Positions 60,439-64,000 of a DNA stretch of 64,000 bases are shown here, piece after piece. This DNA comes from Clostridia bacterium (GTDB lineage Bacteria > Bacillota > Clostridia > UBA1381 > UMGS1253). Within the stretch, counting starts at the first letter, position 1; every line of letters starts with the position of its first letter. The notes under the pieces were generated by a model. That model ran no database searches. It saw only the letters and a program-made list of their open reading frames with translations, and was not told where the DNA came from. The DNA lies in contig JAZTXH010000014.1 of the NCBI GenBank assembly GCA_045636325.1, positions 19,637 through 83,636 of the forward strand, written 5' to 3'. The position numbers and the translations under genes are program-made.

Positions 60439-61005
60439 ATGAGTCTGTTTGAGCTGTTTATTCTATCTGTTGGCTTATCTATGGATGCCTTTGCCGTATC
60501 AATCTGCAAAGGACTTGCAATGGAGAAACTGTCATTTAAAAGCATAGGCATTGTTGGCTTATGGTTTGGCAGCTTCCAAGCAATTATGCCTTTTATCGGA
60601 TATATTTTAGGCAAAGCCTTTAAAGTGTACATAGAAAATTTTGACCATTGGATTGCTTTTATACTTCTTGGCATTATAGGAGCAAACATGATAAAAGAAT
60701 CTTTGGAAAAAGATGAAGAAAAAGCTGATGCCTCGCTTTCATTTAAAATAATGTTTACAATGGCAATTGCGACCAGCATTGATGCTTTGGCTGCAGGTAT
60801 AACACTTATTCTTCCCGGAGTAAGCATATTTACTGCCATTGCACTTATCGGTCTTATCACATTTTTTATGTCAGTTTTTGGTGTAAAAATTGGTAATCTT
60901 TTTGGCGTCAAGTATAAATCAAAGGCTGAATTTGCCGGCGGTTTCATTTTAATTGTGCTCGGTTTTAAAGTTCTTTTTGAACATATCGACATTCTTAATT
61001 TTTAA
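60439..61005 (+). CDS. mntP: Manganese efflux pump MntP (DUF204)
   Basis: Duplicated motif LSMDAFAVS / TSIDALAAG in a six-transmembrane protein. ATG at 60439 lies 9 nt after GAAAGG. Confidence 0.88.
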   Translation: MSLFELFILSVGLSMDAFAVSICKGLAMEKLSFKSIGIVGLWFGSFQAIMPFIGYILGKAFKVYIENFDHWIAFILLGIIGANMIKESLEKDEEKADASLSFKIMFTMAIATSIDALAAGITLILPGVSIFTAIALIGLITFFMSVFGVKIGNLFGVKYKSKAEFAGGFILIVLGFKVLFEHIDILNF

Positions 61006-61006
61006 T

Positions 61007-61045
61007 AAAAAGTGCACTCAAACAAACGAGTGCACTTTTTATATT
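61007..61045. terminator. Bidirectional terminator between mntP and the convergent membrane-protein gene
   Basis: Stem AAAAGTGCACTC/GAGTGCACTTTT flanked by an A-run and a T-run. Confidence 0.8.
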
Positions 61046-61061
61046 GTTTAACTTTTAAATT

Positions 61062-61511
61062 TTAATCTTTTTTGCAAACCTTTTTTCTTATCCACGGATA
61101 AAGAAAATGCGTAATAACTATTAGTATAGCGCAAGCCCAAAGAGTATAAAATCCTGGTAAAAGCTCATTTCTGTAATAAAAAAATAAATCATAGGTATTT
61201 ATAGCCAGATATGCCAGATTGACAGATGCTACACAAAACGCTACCATATCAAATCCCAAAAAATAGAAAAATGCCATAGTAAGCAGAATTGCCAACATAA
61301 GCTTTCCGTTATCAAAAGCAATATAACACTCCGGTGCACCATAATGAATTTCAAACGGCATACAGCAAAGCACAATAACTGATATTACCGAAATAATAAA
61401 TGGCACAACATTCATGCTTCTACGCTCATTATAGGTATTATATCTTTCTATTACCTGATATGCATTTTCTTCTGTTTTTTCCTTTTGTTTATTTTCAAAC
61501 TCAGTATTCAT
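61062..61511 (-). CDS. Hypothetical four-transmembrane membrane protein
   Basis: 149 aa with RBS GGAGGGGAAG before the ATG. I recognise no family. Confidence 0.6.
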   Translation of the reverse strand: MNTEFENKQKEKTEENAYQVIERYNTYNERRSMNVVPFIISVISVIVLCCMPFEIHYGAPECYIAFDNGKLMLAILLTMAFFYFLGFDMVAFCVASVNLAYLAINTYDLFFYYRNELLPGFYTLWACAILIVITHFLYPWIRKKVCKKD

Positions 61512-61811
61512 TACTTCCCCTCCGCTAGCGAATAATTAACTTCTTTATAATTGTATCATATCTTTAAATAAATTTCAATATTTTTACCCTAAAACTATGT
61601 ATAAAGTTCATTTAATATTTTCCAATGCATAAATTTTCTCTATTGTATTTATTTTAAAAACACCAACATTGTGTATCAGATACATCGGATATTTCAACTT
61701 CAAAACATCACAAAATTCTGTTTTACTGCTTTAGTCTATTATGTAACAATATATCCCGACATTTTTATTGAAAGATAAAATATACATATTTTTCTTCATA
61801 ACAACACCGCT

Positions 61812-62189
61812 TTAAAAAACGTCATTTATAGTTATGTTTTTTAAATTTTCTTTAATATTTTCATTGATTTTATCCCATACATTTTCAAAAATAAAATCTT
61901 TTATTTTGCTGTCATCAAAATCCGGTTCTGCAATGCGAGCATCACCCTCAAGGCAGGAAAATACATCGTAAAGTGAAATTCCGGAAGCATCTTTAGCTAA
62001 TCTGTATCCACCGTTATTTCCGCTTTTAGACACTAAAATGCCACTTTTTTTCATTTGATTAAAACTCACTTCTAAGAACTTTTTGGATATTTTATGTTTT
62101 GTTGACACCTCATTAACGCTTACTGAACCATTTTGCAAAACATCAATAAAGCCAAGCATTCCATATCTGCTTTTTGCTGACATTTTCAT
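61812..62189 (-). CDS. Rrf2-family transcriptional regulator (no Cys cluster)
   Basis: MKMSAKSRYGMLGFIDVL... wHTH and SKSGNNGGYRLAKD wing. ATG at 62189 follows GGGGGGAAAG. There is only one Cys in the C-terminal half. Confidence 0.8.
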   Translation of the reverse strand: MKMSAKSRYGMLGFIDVLQNGSVSVNEVSTKHKISKKFLEVSFNQMKKSGILVSKSGNNGGYRLAKDASGISLYDVFSCLEGDARIAEPDFDDSKIKDFIFENVWDKINENIKENLKNITINDVF

Positions 62190-62661
62190 TTTCTTTCCCC
62201 CCATTCTGAATATACTCATTTTTATTCACAAATCCGTTATCTAAAAGCAATTCCGCTATGTCAACAATATAAAAACTGTCAAGTGCATCAAACACAGCAT
62301 CAGAAATATCACACATGGCATTTCTGATTCCGCATGAATATGCATTCTTACCAAGTTCACATTTTGAAGTATCAAATACACATTCAACAACAAACATATC
62401 TTTTTCCACCGCCCTGCACACATCGCCTACGGTTATTTCTTCAAGTTGTATCTCCTTGGGAATATAATAGCCTCCGCCAACACCCATTTTACTTTCAATA
62501 ATTCCGTCTTTTTTTAACTCCGCTAAAATCTGCGCACTATATGACGGTGAAATACCGGTTTTTTCTTCTATTTTATCCATTGGAACAACTGACCCTTTAT
62601 CAAAACATGCCATAAAAGCAAGAATCGTCGTGGCATTTTTACTTTTAGTTGATATTTTCAT
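62143..62661 (-). CDS. Rrf2-family transcriptional regulator with Cys-rich putative Fe-S ligand region
   Basis: MKISTKSKNATTILAFMA... wHTH and SKMGVGGGYYIPKE wing, then C-x11-C-x6-C-x8-C-x6-C (CRAVEKDMFVVECVFDTSKCELGKNAYSCGIRNAMC). ATG at 62661 lies 6 nt after GAGGTG. Confidence 0.8.
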   Translation of the reverse strand: MKISTKSKNATTILAFMACFDKGSVVPMDKIEEKTGISPSYSAQILAELKKDGIIESKMGVGGGYYIPKEIQLEEITVGDVCRAVEKDMFVVECVFDTSKCELGKNAYSCGIRNAMCDISDAVFDALDSFYIVDIAELLLDNGFVNKNEYIQNGGKENENVSKKQIWNAWLY

Positions 62662-62792
62662 TTTTTTCACCTCAAATATAAGTTATAAACACACCATATA
62701 AGGATTGTAAATCAGCAAACGAGTTTTCACTATTATCATTATACATATAGAATCAGTAGCGCTTAAAATTTTAAATAAATTTCCCTATGCAA

Positions 62793-62821
62793 ATTATACC
62801 ATACTTTTTTATCCTTTACAA
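62793..62821 (-). promoter_or_regulatory. Sigma-A promoter with extended -10 for the Rrf2 pair
   Basis: TTGTAA-17 nt-(TGg)TATAAT. It leaves a leader of about 130 nt. Confidence 0.55.
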
Positions 62822-62845
62822 GCATTTTTGATAAATTCTATAGAC

Positions 62846-62880
62846 ATTATAAAAAGGTGCGGATAAAACCGCACCTTTTT
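62846..62880 (-). terminator. Intrinsic terminator after the Cys-rich protein gene
   Basis: Stem AAAAAGGTGCGG/CCGCACCTTTTT followed by a T-run on the minus strand. Confidence 0.8.
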
Positions 62881-62894
62881 ACGTTCACATACTT

Positions 62895-63725
62895 TTAATC
62901 TTCACATCCGCATCCGGGTTTGCAACAACAGTCATCATCCTTTGCAGGCGGAAAAAATTCATCTATTGGGAATTCAATACGTTCAAACAAATCGCAAGGA
63001 CTTTCATCAGTTGCAGTTACACATTCTTTTTGAGGTATACAAAAATCATATGAAGGGATAAGAAGCTGCACACTGCGTTCAAGTCTTACTATAGAAAAAA
63101 TTCCTAAGCTTACTAAAACTTTCTTGTTTTCACCGCCTGAAATAATTGAATCTTCAAAGGCTGCGCAAATATCGCTCGGAACAGATGATAAATCTGTTTC
63201 ACAGCAACATGAGCAACACTCATCATCAGGTTCAACCAATTTAGCAGCTAGTGCAATAGGCTCTACCACTTCAACAGTTGCAATCGGCATATTCGTTTTT
63301 TGTTTTCCTTGCAAATCTGCACCGCAGCTTACCATTGTTGAAGAAAAGATTTTTGTGCTGCCCTCTGACCCGTAAAGGATAACTTTTTTATCAAAGGTAG
63401 CAAGACCCTCTGCTCTGCACGGTTTTCCCATCCCTGTATATACATCAAGGGTTATTTTAAAGAAGTATCTTAAATCTACACTGTAAAATCCGCGGTTAAA
63501 CTGAACAGCTTCAATATCTGAATAAATCCAGATTATTTCGGCTTTTCTTACTTTAACGCTGATTGCATTATTTACAAGCTCCTGCCCTGTATTTGTAAGG
63601 TAGACTCTAAGGTCAGTCAAACAGTCTTTATCCCTGCATTGGTCATAAATTTTGTTAACATGAACACAAACACTGTCATTGTTTTCACATTCACAATTTC
63701 CGGAGTTAATTAAATTTTCAGGCAT
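62895..63725 (-). CDS. Cysteine-rich hypothetical protein (candidate spore coat/exosporium component)
   Basis: 276 aa with about 21 Cys by hand count, in clusters CECENNDSVC, ECCSCCCE and a C-terminal DDDCCCKPGCGCED. RBS AAGGAGGG. Confidence 0.7.
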   Translation of the reverse strand: MPENLINSGNCECENNDSVCVHVNKIYDQCRDKDCLTDLRVYLTNTGQELVNNAISVKVRKAEIIWIYSDIEAVQFNRGFYSVDLRYFFKITLDVYTGMGKPCRAEGLATFDKKVILYGSEGSTKIFSSTMVSCGADLQGKQKTNMPIATVEVVEPIALAAKLVEPDDECCSCCCETDLSSVPSDICAAFEDSIISGGENKKVLVSLGIFSIVRLERSVQLLIPSYDFCIPQKECVTATDESPCDLFERIEFPIDEFFPPAKDDDCCCKPGCGCED

Positions 63726-63864
63726 AAATAAGCCCTCCTTGAATTTATTTGAGTTGCCTCTGTTATAATAATATGTAAGATATTTCCGTTTTGTGACTAT
63801 TTTTAAATTTTTGTTGATTTAAAGGCACCTATAGTATATAATGTATATAAGGAGGTTAATATTT

Positions 63865-64000
63865 ATGAATAGCGTAATCTGGCTTTTAATCAGTATTTTG
63901 CTTTTTGTTTTTGAAGCGCTAACCACTACGCTTGTTTGTATCTGGTTTGCTTTAGGAGCGTTAGCGGCATTTATAACATCACTCTTTTCACTTAATAACT
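63865..64000 (+). CDS. NfeD-family membrane protein, partial (continues beyond the right edge of the window)
   Basis: AAGGAGG lies 8 nt before the ATG at 63865. The translation MNSVIWLLISILLFVFEALTTTLVCIWFALGALAAF matches the usual NfeD N-terminal hairpin. Confidence 0.65.
   Translation, partial: MNSVIWLLISILLFVFEALTTTLVCIWFALGALAAFITSLFSLNN

Noticed and set aside
60405-60992. 195-aa minus-strand ORF opposite mntP
   Set aside because: It overlaps almost the whole mntP gene, which has the duplicated DUF204 motif plus its own promoter, RBS and terminator. The antisense ORF has no RBS and no recognisable domain.

Overview
This is an AT-rich, gene-dense stretch of core chromosome from an endospore-forming Firmicute of Clostridia type. 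About 80% of the genes are on the minus strand. Housekeeping content: guaB (partial), dusB, lysA, a PBP5-type carboxypeptidase, a four-gene Na+-pumping oxaloacetate-decarboxylase operon, a lon-engB-hisS-aspS-rluB block, pheST behind a T-box leader, ispA-xseB-xseA-nusB, rpiB-tsaB-tsaE, fhs, tatD, citrate synthase, murD, feoAB, one tRNA-Pro(UGG), SulP, an LtaS-family enzyme, ptsHI, serCA and mntP. Sporulation genes are scattered through the window: spo0A, yaaL-bofA, spoIVFB, spoIIE, spoVT and a DUF1540 mini-gene. I found no CRISPR array, transposase, integrase, prophage or recognisable defence or toxin cassette, and I cannot honestly point to a clear novel multi-gene system. The best second-look items are: (1) three tandem M42 peptidase genes, one of which has lost every metal ligand; (2) a 70-aa membrane protein translationally coupled to spoIVFB in the place of spoIVFA; (3) an orphan promoter-to-hairpin unit, rich in GGAGG motifs and mini-ORFs, upstream of fhs; (4) a 21-Cys protein with a mother-cell-type promoter; (5) two overlapping Rrf2 regulator genes; (6) a short ClC with CLC-F-like motifs; (7) a decayed SGNH-hydrolase pseudogene next to feoB. 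All calls come from reading translations and motifs by eye. No database search was run.
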